A stretch of DNA of 64,000 nucleotides, taken from the NCBI GenBank assembly GCA_026770705.1, contig JANJGN010000021.1, positions 111,476,001-111,540,000 of the forward strand, written 5' to 3'. Within the stretch, counting starts at the first letter, position 1. Each line of letters opens with the position of its first letter. Source of the DNA: Isurus oxyrinchus (lineage: Eukaryota). Of this stretch, positions 47,838-60,964 are shown piece by piece. The position numbers and the translations under genes are program-made. The notes beneath the pieces are model-generated. The model was not told the origin of the DNA. It did no database searches and worked only from the letters and a program-made list of their open reading frames with translations.

Positions 47838-48474
47838 AGTGGTTTTATATTGATTACACCAGGAAGTACTATAGCTTTATAATTTGAATGAACAAATTTA
47901 ATATATTTAATTCCATGGGAATGGGCAGAGGGAGTGAGGGATGTTTGATATGTGGTTATATAGTGATCTCAACATTCATTTCCTCTGGCAGGAAGATCAC
48001 CCTACACCACCTTTGCTACCATTGGCCCTGCCTCAAACCAGCTGCTTATGAAACCCTTGCCAATGTTTTACTGACCTCCAGATTCTGCTATTCTAGTTCA
48101 GCACCCCTCCCCCTGCCCATCGTCCGCCCTCCACAACTTTGAGCTCATCCAAAATCCTGTATCCTAAGCCCTATTCACTCATCAATCCCTACCCTCACTG
48201 ACCTACCTTGACTCTTAGTCAGGCACTGCCTCGATTTTAAATCTCCCATCCTTGTGTTCCAATCTCTCCACAGTTCCGCTGCTCCTGATCCCTGTGATTT
48301 CTAAGCAGTGTGCTTCTAACAGAACAATGCTTAATCCCTCAAAATGCTCTCATAAACCCACATTCTGACAACCCTCTCAGGCCTATGTCCTCCTCCAATT
48401 CTGGCCTACTTTGTATCCCCCACATATTTCAGCCCATTTTTGCAGGCTGTGCTCTTTCAACTGTCTGGAACCTA

Positions 48475-49065
48475 GGCCTAAATTTTCAGCTCAGAGGGTG
48501 GATGTGATGGACAGGCCCGGGAGTGGTCAGGAAATGGACCACTGACTGCAATCGGCCCCGGACCGCGATTTCACGCTGGCTGGCCAATTAGCGTGCACTG
48601 ATACGATCAGCACTGCCTGGGTAGATGTAGGGGGGGGGCTTGGTGTGTGGGCAGAAGGAGGGCACGCGCTGAAGTCAGCGCGGGCATGGGAGAGTATGGA
48701 ATGAAAGTTCCCTGAAGGCAGAGAGCTGCTTCAGGGGGCTGAAGAATTTAAATACACAAAATAACGATTTTAAAAACCAGGAAAAAATGCCCATGCATTG
48801 GACACAGTCACCTGAACATATACAACATGACAACTCTGTTTGAATATTTTTATTTTCTTTTAATTCAATGACAGAAACCTCATCCCTCCCTTGGGTGAGG
48901 TTTCCTGAAAATGCAAAGTCCATCTGGCCGATTCGCCTGCCAACAAACGGAAGGTTAGATGGCTGCGAAAAATCAATTAATTGCACCATAATGGGCTTAA
49001 TTGTCGGTTAAGCATTCTGGGCACCCATCCACATGCTGAGCAAAAAACTTCTGCCCCTAAATTCT
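48475..49065. mobile_element. Probable non-autonomous Harbinger-type element inserted in an L2-like fragment
   Basis: Starts GGCCTAAATTTT and ends ...AAATTCTG; the L2-like 3' UTR is interrupted at 48470 and resumes at ~49070. Confidence 0.45.
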
Positions 49066-50599
49066 GAATCCCTCCCTTAACCTGCCTGCTACTCACGCCT
49101 CTTTTAAGACACTCTTTTAAAACCAAGCTTTTGGTCATGTGTGCTAATATCTTCCCCAGCTCCGTATAAATCTTTGTGTGCTTACAATCTTGTGAAGTGT
49201 ATTTTACGATGTTAAGTGTGCTATATAAATATTTATTAAAGTTTAATTTTGTCTTGATCCAGCACCAAGTTGTCAATGTGTAATGAATCTGAAGTCCTTT
49301 TGGATTATATGCTCAATACTTGGAAGCTGACTCCATCTTAGTGACAGTTAATGAACTTATTCAAGCTGAAGCCAACCTCAATCCATTACAGCATTTGAAC
49401 AGCTATTTACAAAGAACATTTGAGAATTGCGTTGCCCATTATTGATTTCTGTGTGGAAGTTACGGCCCTATTCCTGTTCCTCTACTCACATGCGTGCCTG
49501 CAACTGCCTTGTTCCTCCTGACCCTTCAACACTGAGAATGGCCCAAACATTCTGGGAGAAAATCCATCCGATTGCCAGCACGGCAAGTTCCCTGATCATC
49601 AAGCACAGATCTTCTCTGCTTTTTAACCTCAGCACAAGCTCTGACACCGAGCACAACTTCAGGATGTTGGGCATGTGTAGGTTAGGACAGAAATCCTGGG
49701 GTTGGTCAAAGCTCCACTGTGCAACACTCCCCAAAATCAGCAATCACTGAAATCAGCAAGAATTTCAACTTTCCTGCTCCCATGTCACAGTTGGAAATCC
49801 CTTAAAAAGTCATACCTTATTCAATCAGGTTTAACTGGGCTTTTAATGGCAATATGGTTAATACAATTGGATGAGCAGATGTTGTATTCATGGAGTGCTG
49901 CTAAATGGTTAATTGGTAAGTTTAAAAAGTTATTTTTAATAATATTTTTGAGAAGATTTTTCAGAATATTTAATTTCCTTTCACATCCTGTGCATGTCCC
50001 AGTCTTTAATTTTCTCCATGTAAAAATTTTGAGAAGTCATTTAATTTAGTGCTTTTTGTTCCCTGTTCGCGTGTCTGTGAAAATCCTTGAAGGTGAATGG
50101 CTGTTTGGACATCACTGCAGCTCCATGCTGGGAGCCCCAGTAAAGAACGCTGCAATCAGTTCCAGTCCTGGTGCATGAAATTCTCGTCAGAGAGATTCAG
50201 TGAAACTTACTTTCAGGTCAACAGCGAGCACCACCTTCTAAACAGCAATTAGGGATGGGCAACGAATGCTGGCCTTGCCAGTGATGCTCACATCCCACTA
50301 AAGAATACAAACAGAGTACAGAACAGGGGCATCCCCAGTGCAAATGGATCTCGAAGGTCACTGTCTCTACTTCTGAATTAGCTGGCCCCGTAGAGAGCAA
50401 CGGTTGGAGTTCAGGGGGGATGAAGTTGATCTTGGCAAGGGGAGCAAAATTTGTGTTACACAGCAAAACACACTGCGGATATGCTATTGCCCATTTTATG
50501 CTATGGCCCTAGACCAATTTGGGGGTGAAATCGGACTGGGGCAGGGAACATATCAGACAGAATTGCATTGTATTAGCATTATATGAAACACCTTGATAT

Positions 50600-53500
50600 T
50601 GTTACACGTGCAAGACTTCATAAGACAGCTGTGTTTTTCAAATGTTTCCTTTTATCAAAGGCAAAAAAAAGTGTTCTGAAGCGGGGTGGTGGTGGTCATT
50701 TTAAATTCTGCCTGGAGACAGGCCCATGTAAAAACCAAGTGTCAGTTTTCACAATTTGCCACAAAAAGAAGCAGGTGGTCTTTCTGGGCAATGAATCTTA
50801 AGCTCAGAGACCTGAAGAGAAAGAGAGAGAGAGAGAAAAAGAGAGTGAGTGGTGCTGCTGTGTGAAGAGGTGAAGCTACTGGTGTGAGCATAGGATGCTT
50901 GTAAGAGTTGGCATACCGCACAGAAAGAAGATGATGAAACTTTGGGAGATTTAAGAACTAAAGAGTCACCAGAGCAGACCTTATGCTGGAAATCTGTTCG
51001 AGGATACTCAGAAGACTGATTGAAAGGGCTTTTAAAGGACCCTGGTAAACATGCCCTGGTGTGGCAAAGAGAATGGAGCTTGCCAGAAAACCAGGAGGAG
51101 TATTGGACTTACTCCACAAGGCTTCTTTTCTTCTGAGAGCATGGTGTAATTTACAAATGTGTTTAAAGTATTTCATGTTGAGTGAATGAGGATGGTTTTT
51201 CTCTGTAATTTGCTATATTGGGTTGCCTACTAAGTAATGTTTAGTCTAGATTGATTTTAGTTTGTTACAGTAAAAGTATTAAAACATGAAATTTTGTCAT
51301 GTAATTTTTTCCAACAGTTGCTGAGAAATTCATATCACTTTTTAAAAGTTACTGGTCCCTTCGGGAATAGTGAAAAATTAAGGACACTCATGAGGATCGA
51401 ACTTCAAAACTTCAAAATTTTGTTGTATTCGGTGGCAAGTCAGCATGGCTACTTTCAGGCACTTCTGGAAATAGAGTCTGTTTAATGCCTTGAAACAATT
51501 GACAAAGGTTAATATGAAAGCTGTGGCAGTGCAAGTAGAGGCTGATTTGAATGTAGAGGCTAAAAAGGCAAAGGTGTTAAAGTACTGGCTCAGTCCTTGA
51601 ATCTTGAGGAGGAAAAGAGTGATCCTGATAGCACTTATATTGAGTTAGCTAGAATTCAATTACAAGTGAAACAATTTGAATCAGAAAGAAATAGATAAAT
51701 GAAAAAAACTGGAATTCAAGAACAAAAACCTGAATTGAAAAGAGAGGAAAAGGAAGAGAAATGAGGAAACTCGAATTAGAGTTCGAGAGAGAAAAGGAAG
51801 CAAAATAATTTTAACTTAGAGTTAAGCTTCAATTACATGAACAAGGTTGACAGTAAAGCTGATTACTCAGATTTAACTCCTGATTTTAATTTGACCAGGA
51901 GTATTCATTTAGAACTGAATTTTCATGATAATGGAGAGCCTCTTCCGAAATATGGGATTCCCATCACTGAATGCGACACCTACCATTTTTGTAGGGGTGG
52001 GAATGGGGCCAGGTCATGATTGGCACATGCACATTTTGCAGACAGCTGCCCATATAAAACAATATCTGCCTCCAGTCATGCCTAAGTTTCATTAACCAGG
52101 TGTGTGAAACATGACATTTGCAAATTAGACCTGGTAGGAGCAGGTCTAAACTTTGCAGAGTCCTTTGGAGATGTGAGGTACAGTTTTAGAAAGGTAAGTT
52201 ACCCATTTCGATATTGTCCCTGAAAACCTTTGGGGAAGGTCATGTGCCATTTGGGAGACATAAGCTGTCCTTTTGGAGAGGTAATATGCCCTTGGAGAGA
52301 GGTACGGTACCCTTTGGGATTGTTAAAGCGGACATGAATGTGCATAAAAAGTGTATAAACTCATTGGAACTGTCAAGAGAGCTGTCAAGAGGAACTGCCA
52401 GAAGAACTGTCAAAAGTGTCAAATCTAACTGTCAAGCTGTCAAGGCATTTGAAACTTCTGTCCTTTAAATATTTGAGTTTTTTTAAATCAGTGCTTGCTA
52501 TTTCACTCTGTTGTCATAAGCCTGAGGGTTATCATTAGTGGATTTGTGCTGCATGACTGATTTCACAATATTCCATTTTCACAGCTTTCCATTTCATAGT
52601 TTGATTGACAGTCCAAGCGGTTTTGGACTCTTTGAAATGAGACTATGAATTCCAATGCTTGTTTATCTACGGGATTAAACACTTGAATGAAACGTTTGTT
52701 CTTGTAAGGGATTATGTAGTGGAAGGAATGTAAATGTAGTATGATTGTGAGTGTTTTATTATGCAATAGACACTTAGAACTTTATTTTATTTAATCTCAG
52801 CATGGCTCCTAAGGTCTGCCTATGTGGATACTGGGTGAGTTGGCATGGTAGATGTAAGGGCAAGGATGGTGGATGAAGACATGGGTTGGCATGAGTTGGC
52901 ACTAAGTTGGCATAGGGACTATAAAGAGTCATGAGGTGAGTCAGAGACACAGTTGGCATAGAGGGTATGAGGGGTCATGGGGTGGGTAGAGGGACATAGG
53001 TCAGCATGGAGAGTATGAAAGGCTAAGGGGGTAGGTAGAGATCATGTGTTGGCATGGACGGAGCACAGGGAGTGCGGATGGATGAGGATGTGTGTGGGGT
53101 GAGCACTGGAGGGCTGTTTTTTTTTTGTTTTAAGGCTTTAAAAAAAAATTTTGACAAAGTGCCGGTGCACCAAGACAGGCTTTCCACCCAGCCTGCCTAC
53201 ACACCCGGCAGCTTCCGCATTCATTCCCAAGTCACTGAATGTGAGACATTATAAGATGGCTATGCTTTAATATGTTTCCTTTAACTTAAAGGTAAAACAG
53301 ATGTCCTGAAGCAGGGGGTTTGCGATTATCATAAACTCTACCTGGAGACAAGCCCATGTGATTTGGTTATCATTGGGAAAGAGGCCCACACCAAAACCTA
53401 TAGAAAACCAAGTGCCAGTTTACACAACTTGACACAAAGAAATGCAGATGGTCTTACTGGATACAGACCCACTGAGTCAGAGACTTGGAAAGAGAGATGC

Positions 53501-54022
53501 TGTTGGTGAAGAGAAGTCATGCTTGTAGGAGTCAGCTTTATGTTTTGAAAGATGACAGAACAGATGGAACTTTTACAGATTTAAGAATTAAGGAGTCACC
53601 AGAATGGACCTTAATTGCACTGTAAGTCAGTTCAAGGCTACATAGAGACTGAGTGAAGGGTCTTTCAAATGATACTGGAAGACTTGCTCTGGGGTGACAG
53701 GGAGAAGGAAGGTTGTCAGAAAACCAGGAGGAATGTGGGACTTATTCTATAAGGCTACATATTTGCTGAGAGCATGGTGTGACATACAAATGTGTCGCAA
53801 AGTATTTTTGGTTGAGTTAATTGATTAATGGGGAGGTTTTGTTTTTCTGTGGTTTGCGTTATTTGTTGCCTACTAAGTAATGTTTCGTCTTGGTTGATTT
53901 TAATCTGTTTGTTACAGTAAAAGTCTTCACACATGAAATTTTGTCATGTGATTCTTTCCATCGGTCACTGGAAAACTCATACCTACTTTTAAAAGTTATT
54001 AGCGTCTACAGGGATCATAACA
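50600..54022 (+). mobile_element. Old, internally deleted LTR retrotransposon (Gypsy-like); LTRs ~50600-51370 and ~53240-54022
   Basis: Two diverged ~770-bp direct repeats (e.g. CCTGGAGACA.GCCCATGT, AGAAAACCAGGAGGA, GTTGCCTACTAAGTAATGTTT, CATGAAATTTTGTCATGT). TGTTA...TAACA termini; 4-bp TSD ATAT (50596-50599 / 54023-54026). Degenerate gag-like coiled-coil (IELARIQLQVKQFE) at ~51480-51850. Confidence 0.75.
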
Positions 54023-55220
54023 ATATTCAGCTTTGTTGAAGTCAACAGGACGGAACATGTGGCGGAAGTATAACAAATGATCAGTGAGATATTACCTGGT
54101 TTGCGTCCCTGCCTATGTTCAATTTCAACCTCCGCCCACAACACCCCCCACACCCCCGAACCCCCAGCGAGCTCCCCTAAATTAATAGAAAAAAAAGTGA
54201 ACAAGCTCTGTTCACTGGTTATTATCCTGCAAAACTGACTAAAACCAATCCTCAGAGCTTTTAGGTTAAAGTTGTCATATTGAATGAAGGTATGTGAACA
54301 ATAACTGCCCTTGTGGGACTCTGCCCCAACATGGGATACAAGAGGTGAAATTTGTTGACGAAATTTAGAAGGATGTCTTCAAGGAATTAGTGAAAGTGGA
54401 TTTTGAAACTTGAAAAAAATCCGGAAAGGCTGAAGTGCACTGATTAGATTTGGATTTTCAGGGTTTGTTCTGAGCCGATGATGCACTTCATGTGGTGCTG
54501 AAAATGGTTCATGTAACCACAGCTGGGACTTACTGTGATCTAATTGCATTAGACATTGCATCTGCCTTTAAGCTGCCTTCATGATTACTGTAGTACAGTT
54601 CAAGTATAATGCACTCAAAGTAACTGAATTTAAAGTACCCCAGCATATTAAGGAGCTCCATTACTACAATGATAATAGCATAGCACTAGCTGTGATGATC
54701 TTTATTCTGGCATTACAAGGTTGGCATCTGAAAATCTCATAACAAGATGATAAGCACAATGTTCAACATTAATTCTGCAATTAAGATGGCCTTGAGATAA
54801 ATAAGTAGCTAATTAGACCACTTCAATTGATGCAGCCAACAGAATTCAGATACAGTTCAGGACTTTTCCCATTGATGCCATGTCCTAATGGAAGTGTAGC
54901 TTAGACTGAAGGGCCAGTTATTAAATTAATGCCCCAAAGAAAGCCGCCTTTTTCTCATTCTTTCATGGAATACAGGCGTCGCTGGCGTGGCCAGCATTTT
55001 CTCTTTGGTCGTCCCTAATTGCTTTTGAGAAGCTGGTCTTTCCTGGATGCACCTCCCCATCCGGTGTGCTTGCTTTGTTCACGTGGTGATCTTCAATCAT
55101 ATGTGGCCTCTTTCTTTGGCCGCTGAAGGTTTCATTCAACTTCCTCCAGGTGCTGTTTGCCTGTTTTTCACTTTGGTACCAGCTTCCTCCACTCTCACCC
55201 CAGAAGGAAAAAACAACTCG

Positions 55221-55380
55221 GACCAGTACTCTTATTTCCCAGTTTTTACTGGTGTTCCATTTTAAGATATACAAGACTAGTTCAGACCAGTACTCTTATT
55301 TCCAGTTTTTACTGGTGTTCCATTTTAAGGTATACAAGACTAGTTCAGACCAGTACTCTTATTTCCAGTTTTTACTGTTT
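55221..55380 (+). repeat. ~64-bp tandem repeat, 2.5 copies
   Basis: GACCAGTACTCTTATTTCC recurs at 55221, 55285 and 55348. Confidence 0.9.
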
Positions 55381-55799
55381 TTTCCTTCTGGGACTTCTTC
55401 CCTATCCCGTTTGCTCCTCATTTCCACTGCCCATGTTAAATTCTTTATTCTGGATTCCACAAATACCACTTCAGGAATCTTGTGCCTGCGTAACAATAGG
55501 GAAAACAAATTGTTTTCAGTTGAGTAGAACCAGTTAGCCTGGAAAAGTTGGTGATCACTGCTATTTGATGCTACCTCAGGAAGTTGCTTGTAATGTTGCT
55601 TTTCTCCCAGGAGGTGGCATGACTGGTCGTGGCTGGAGAATGTTGAGGGCCGTGCTGAGTTGTAACATGGCTGAATGGCATATACGGGATGGAGCAGTCA
55701 TTCTTTTTCTGCTGTATGCTTTTATGTGTGTGCATGTGCGTATAAACCAGGTTTCCTGGAGTTACCCATTCGTCATCACTATCAGTCCCTTAGAATGAG

Positions 55800-56480
55800 A
55801 GTGTCGTCTTGTGTGTCCACAGGTGACTCAACAGGCCTGTCATGGAGTAACAGGTCTTTCGGCAGAAAGGACAGGAGGTGCCCTGAGGAAGGGGAGCCCC
55901 TGGGCTAGGGATCTGCTCTCTCTGCTTCTGCTTTCATCAATTCTCCACAGCAGGGTTTATGCAGTCAGTTTCCAATTGTGTTGCGGCTTGTTGGATGTGG
56001 CAGTGATACATGACAGGGTTAGTGACACACTGATATCGATTTGTCCACTTTTCAATAAGGCCTTTAGAATGTCCTTAAAACACCTATTGCGTCCTCCCTG
56101 GGATCGGGTGCCACGCTTACGTTGTGGAAAGAGGATCTGCTTCGGAAGCTGATATTTGGCGTGTGGGTGCAGTGTCCAGGTCAGCAATGCTGACATCGTG
56201 TGATTGTGGCTGCGATGTTGGAAGGATTGACTTTGCTGAGGATGCTGGAATTTGTTCGTCTGCTTGACTTTGAGTCTCCTGCGGAGACATCCCTGGTGGA
56301 AATTCTCCGAGCCTGGAGATGCCTTTTCTGGGTGACTCGTGTCCCTGACATATAGAAGGGTGGTAACAGCAGTGTTGTAGACTAAAGCCTTTGTGCTCTT
56401 ATGGAGGTCTCTGCTGTCGAAGACCTGGCTGCGCAATTTTTGCGAGGCTATACTGGCACAACCGAAATTAACCTCTAGCA
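55800..56480 (-). mobile_element. RTE-clade LINE 3' fragment
   Basis: ORF 55957-56499: KLRSQVF..RDL.KSTK.LVY..AV..LLY...FHQGCLRR...LPKQILF...GTRSQGG...FKDILKA.LK, typical of an RTE ORF C-terminus. Confidence 0.75.
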
Positions 56481-58376
56481 TGAATAACAAAAAATCCATG
56501 GGGTTCCCTTATCCACCTGTACCCTTTCTATCCTTATCACCATTATTGACTAAAATTGGTGATCCATCATTTCTGTTTCGAGGAACAGAAACATCTGGCT
56601 AGTTCCACTATAATTAAAATTGTCAGCAACCATGTAAATCAGACAATATAGGATCGGCCGCCTTGCCTGATTTCCCTCCCACTGCTGGCGTTTCCGATAT
56701 GGTCTGACTTACACCACGGCCGACAATTAATATCTTGCCCAGCTTGGTGTGATGGGGCGGTGAGAAAATCCGAAAGGTCCCTCTTCCATTCACTGCCAAA
56801 GTCATAATCCATGGGGTTGCTACGGTTCAGTGCACACACAAGAAGCCTCAGTGACAAGCAAGATAAGTGCTCTGGACATGAACAACAATATTCCTCTCAC
56901 GCAGTGGGTCGCTCAGTATTCGCCCCGATATTCACATGCTGCAATCAATCATGAGCGGGCTGTATAACTGCAATGCCGCCCTCCTGGAATCACTGCAGCC
57001 TGATCTGCATTCGTAACCCATTGAGAGAGAAAACTGTGTGGGCAGTATTATCCAAACAAATTCTGAATTTAAGTTGAACCTTTGTTGGTTAAACAGGACA
57101 GACCTGTGATAAGAATGTTTCTCTTCATTATTGTTGAAAGAAACCTAAGACTGGGAATCTATAGCACTTCCAAATGTGCTGGTCTATGAGAATGTGATAG
57201 CATTATTGCAAGTAAAGGTAATTCATGTCGATATGCAGCCCCCTCAGGTCTCATTATGGGCTATCGATTCCTGTGATCTCCCGGGTCGAATGTTTCCTCG
57301 TTCCTGCTTCCAATGGCCAAGAGATAGCCCAAACACATTGCGCAAGCAGCTGGTGGTGATCCTGTCCTTTCTCCAGCAGCACTGACAGGAGAGTCAACTG
57401 CCACCAAACTCAGCAGATCACGGCGACACTTGGCAGCTTGCAACTTGTCTTGAACAACTTAAAGGGAGTAACTTTTAACCAAATTTATCCAGTGGGGGTC
57501 CCATGAAATCAGGTGGAACACCCAGTCTTAAATTTGGCCAATACTGCTGTCTGTGAGCTTCAGTGGAGAATACAATTGGGGCTGTTCATCACCGAGAAGA
57601 AGAACTGTGCAATTAGATGACAATCCAGGCACCATGTACAATCTTGGAAGCCCTACTCTTGAGATATAAGAATAGACTAACTGGGGTAGCTTAAGATAAT
57701 ACCTGGGTTTCCATTTAACCTGAGAAGTTGGAACTTTCAAAAAAAATCTGGGAAACTGAAGAGTTGAGCTGAACAATATTGTGCACATGATAAAGGGTTA
57801 TGAAATTGTAAGCCGTTACTTCCAATGGGTGGCATTATGCTAACCAAAGTGTCTCAACTGAACACACTGAAGCACAAAATGCTGTCAGATTGGGACATAG
57901 CTGCAAGCAATGTTAATGAAGGTCATATGTTCTTTTCAAAGGGAAGTAGAAAAGCTGCTTGGAAAAGACAAATGAAAGCATGTGAAAGGAGGGGGTGAGA
58001 GACAGAGATTAGACTGGGGCAACATGGAGAAAGACACCAACACAGGCGGAGGGTGAAATTGGGCAAGGGCGGCGGTGCAGCACAAACAATGCCACATTTG
58101 CCACCTGTTTTGTGCATCGCAGCCCCCAGCCTCCCTCACCACCTCCTACCCCCACCACACTCCAATGTTCAGCTCCATGAGTTCAGCAGAGTAGAATGCT
58201 GGGCGTGTGGGCATAAGAGCTATCCTGTCTGATTTCTCTTCCCCACCTGTGTCCGTTTCCACCTCCTGATTGGCCAAGTGGGCCATTACTGGGCTGTAGT
58301 AATATGATGAGAGGATGAAGAGAGCATGAGCGGGAGCTTTAAAAGACAGCAACCAATGGGATTGAGCTTTTGCGTA

Positions 58377-58924
58377 TTAATGAAATTTGGACTGGCAGAT
58401 TTTCAGTGGCTCGGAGTTCTCCCCATGCCCACTCAGGCAAGGACTGAAGAAGGGGTAAAGTTTCTCGGTGAAAAGGTCAGTGAAAGTGTGGAGATGGGAC
58501 ATGTTGTCTGCATTGTAGAAGGACACCTGCCCGCCCTCATAGTCCAGGTACACTCCTATCTTCCGGGGCCTCACATTCAGCCTGAGACAGGTACGAGGCA
58601 GAGACCCAGCCTTGTAATCATTGCCATTTCTCAGCCACACGATCCAGTATCCAGCCTGCGGAATGGCCGTGATATCCCCTTTCCTGTTGATGGACTCCTT
58701 CACCACTCCCACATCCCACTCGGTGCTCTCTCCCACCACCACCTCCCAGTAGTGCCTCCCCGATGTGAACCCCTGAGAACCTAGCACACAGAGGGAGGGA
58801 TTGAACCGCTCTGGAGTGTCAGGGAGCTGCTGCTGCTTGTTTGCATATCTGACACTGGTCAGGTCTTCGGATATGAGGAGCCAGGAATGAGCTGTCTTCG
58901 GGTTCAGGGTCACCGAAGCTGGAA
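58377..58924 (-). CDS. B30.2/PRY-SPRY terminal exon of a second TRIM-like gene; remaining exons presumably beyond the window
   Basis: Polypyrimidine acceptor ctctctgccag|TT CCA GCT (phase 1); intact [13 protein letters not shown]...HYWEVVV...[11 protein letters not shown]...LYPFFSP-stop; closely colinear with exon 43686-44230. Confidence 0.92.
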
Positions 58925-59349
58925 CTGGCAGAGAGGGAGAGAGGAGAGATAACAAGTGAGTAAATAACAAAGTGTTTCGTAAAGCTATAGATTCCATTTA
59001 TCTAAACTCTAAGTGGTTTTACTCATTAAAGATTACATTTTACTATATATCAGAAACAAAATAATGCAGATGCTGGAAATCTGAAATTTTAAAACGTTGC
59101 TTTCAGTCAACAGCAAGTCAATAACTGTGGAGAGAGAAACGGAGTTAACATTTCAGGTCAATAACCCTTTATTTCAGAACTGGGAACAGCTTGAGGCGAA
59201 ATAGGTTTTAAGCAAGTACAGACTTGGGGGAAGGAGGTAGGGTAAAACCAGTGCTGTTCCCAACCCCGTCAATTTCCCCAAAAGGCACATTAAAATTGCC
59301 CAGAATTGAACCGTTGTGATGCACAAGACGATAGTTTGCTCGTTTAAAA

Positions 59350-59875
59350 GGCATTCTTTCACGGGATGTGGGTGTCCCTGGCTGAGCCCAGCATTTATTG
59401 CCCATCCCTAATTGCCCTTGAGAAGGTGGTGGGGAGCTGCCTTCTTGAACCGCTGCAGCCCATGTGGTGTAGGTACACCCACAGTGCTGTTGGGGAGGGA
59501 GTTCCAGGATTTTGACCCAGTGACAGTGAAGGAACGGTGATATATTTCCAAGTCAGGATGGTGAGTGGCTTGGAGGGGAACGTCCAGGTGGTGGTGTTCC
59601 CATCTATCTGCTGCCCTTGTCATTCTAGATGGTAGTGGTCATGGGTTTGGAAGGTGCTGTTGAAGGAGCCTTGTGAGTTTCTGCAGTGCATCTTGTAGAT
59701 GGTACACACTATGTGTCGGTGGTGAAGAGAGTGATTGTTTGTGGAAAGGGTGTCAATCATGCGGGCTGCTTTGTCCTGGCTGGTGTCAAGCTTCTCGAGT
59801 GTTGTTAGTGCTGAACTCATCCAGGCAAGTAGGGAATATTCCATCACATTTCTGACTTGTGCCTTGTAGATGGAG
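59350..59875 (-). mobile_element. LINE 3' fragment
   Basis: IYKAQVRNVMEYSLLAWMSSA.TTL.KLDT.QDKAAR peptide; near-duplicate of 60965-61500. Confidence 0.85.
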
Positions 59876-60089
59876 CCCATTAAAAGCTGAGAGCGCAGTA
59901 CAAATAAAAGTACCAGAGATGGTTAGGAACCAGATGTGAGAGATTTATAAAAAGCTAAGAAGCAATTGTTCTAATGACAAATATTTATGAACAAAATATT
60001 TTGGGTTGTTGCAGTAAGGGCTAACACAAAATAAATTAGAGTTGAAATCTTCCCCTTATTCCAACTGTTAGCAAGTCTGAAAATACTGA

Positions 60090-60193
60090 AACAAAAACAA
60101 AAATTGCTGGAAAAACTCAGCAGGTTTGACAGCACCTGCGGAGAGGAATACAGTTAACGTTTCGAGGGCATATGACCCTTTATCAGAACAGTA
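60090..60193 (-). mobile_element. Solo Penelope terminal fragment
   Basis: Minus strand reads GTTCTGATAAAGGGTCATATGCCCTCGAAACGTTAAC; TSD TCTGAWAATACTGA (60076-60089 / 60194-60207). Confidence 0.75.
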
Positions 60194-60964
60194 TCTGATA
60201 ATACTGATGCCATTCAGAGTTTTCATTATACAATGTCGCACTGCCCCCTGTCGGCAATATAGACGTACTACAGAAATTATTGTTACACTCCGATAAGAAA
60301 CATCCGCTTGAATGTCACTTGTATGGTTATAGATTCAGAGTTTTCCTTTTCCTCTTTGGTTAGGGAGGTGTCTGACATGAGCTGAAACCAAAACTTAAAC
60401 GTCTCCAAGCTAAGCTATTAAAAAAATTTACACGCGACAGTTTCCGTTTGAACAGCACTGCTACTACTCTAACCCTATGGACACCCAACACCCACCCCAA
60501 ATCACTGACTGACGGGCTGGCAAGAGTTAAGTGCAGCATGGCTGCTGGAACCTCACTAGTGCTGGTAAGCATGTTCTCGACCCGTTAGCAGGGTTAGTGT
60601 ACAGGGTTATCTGAAGTCAGATGGGAGGAATCCCAGCTCTCCACATCAGTCCAGCCCTTCTAGATCCCATTATTGAGGTAGGAATTGTTAGGACATATGA
60701 ATATAAGACATAGGAGCAGGAGTGGACCAAAAGGCCCAGCGAGCTGACTCAGCCATTCAATACAACTATGGCTGATATTGGGCTTCAACTCCATTTTCCC
60801 ACCCGTTCCCCCTATTCCTTAATTCCCTGAGAGACCAAAATTCTGCCTATCCCAGCCTTAAATATATTCAATGATGGAGAATCCACAACCCTATGGGGTA
60901 GAGAATTCCAAGGGTTCAACCCTTTGAGTGAAGTAATTTCTCCTTATCTCAGTCCTTGTCCTTT

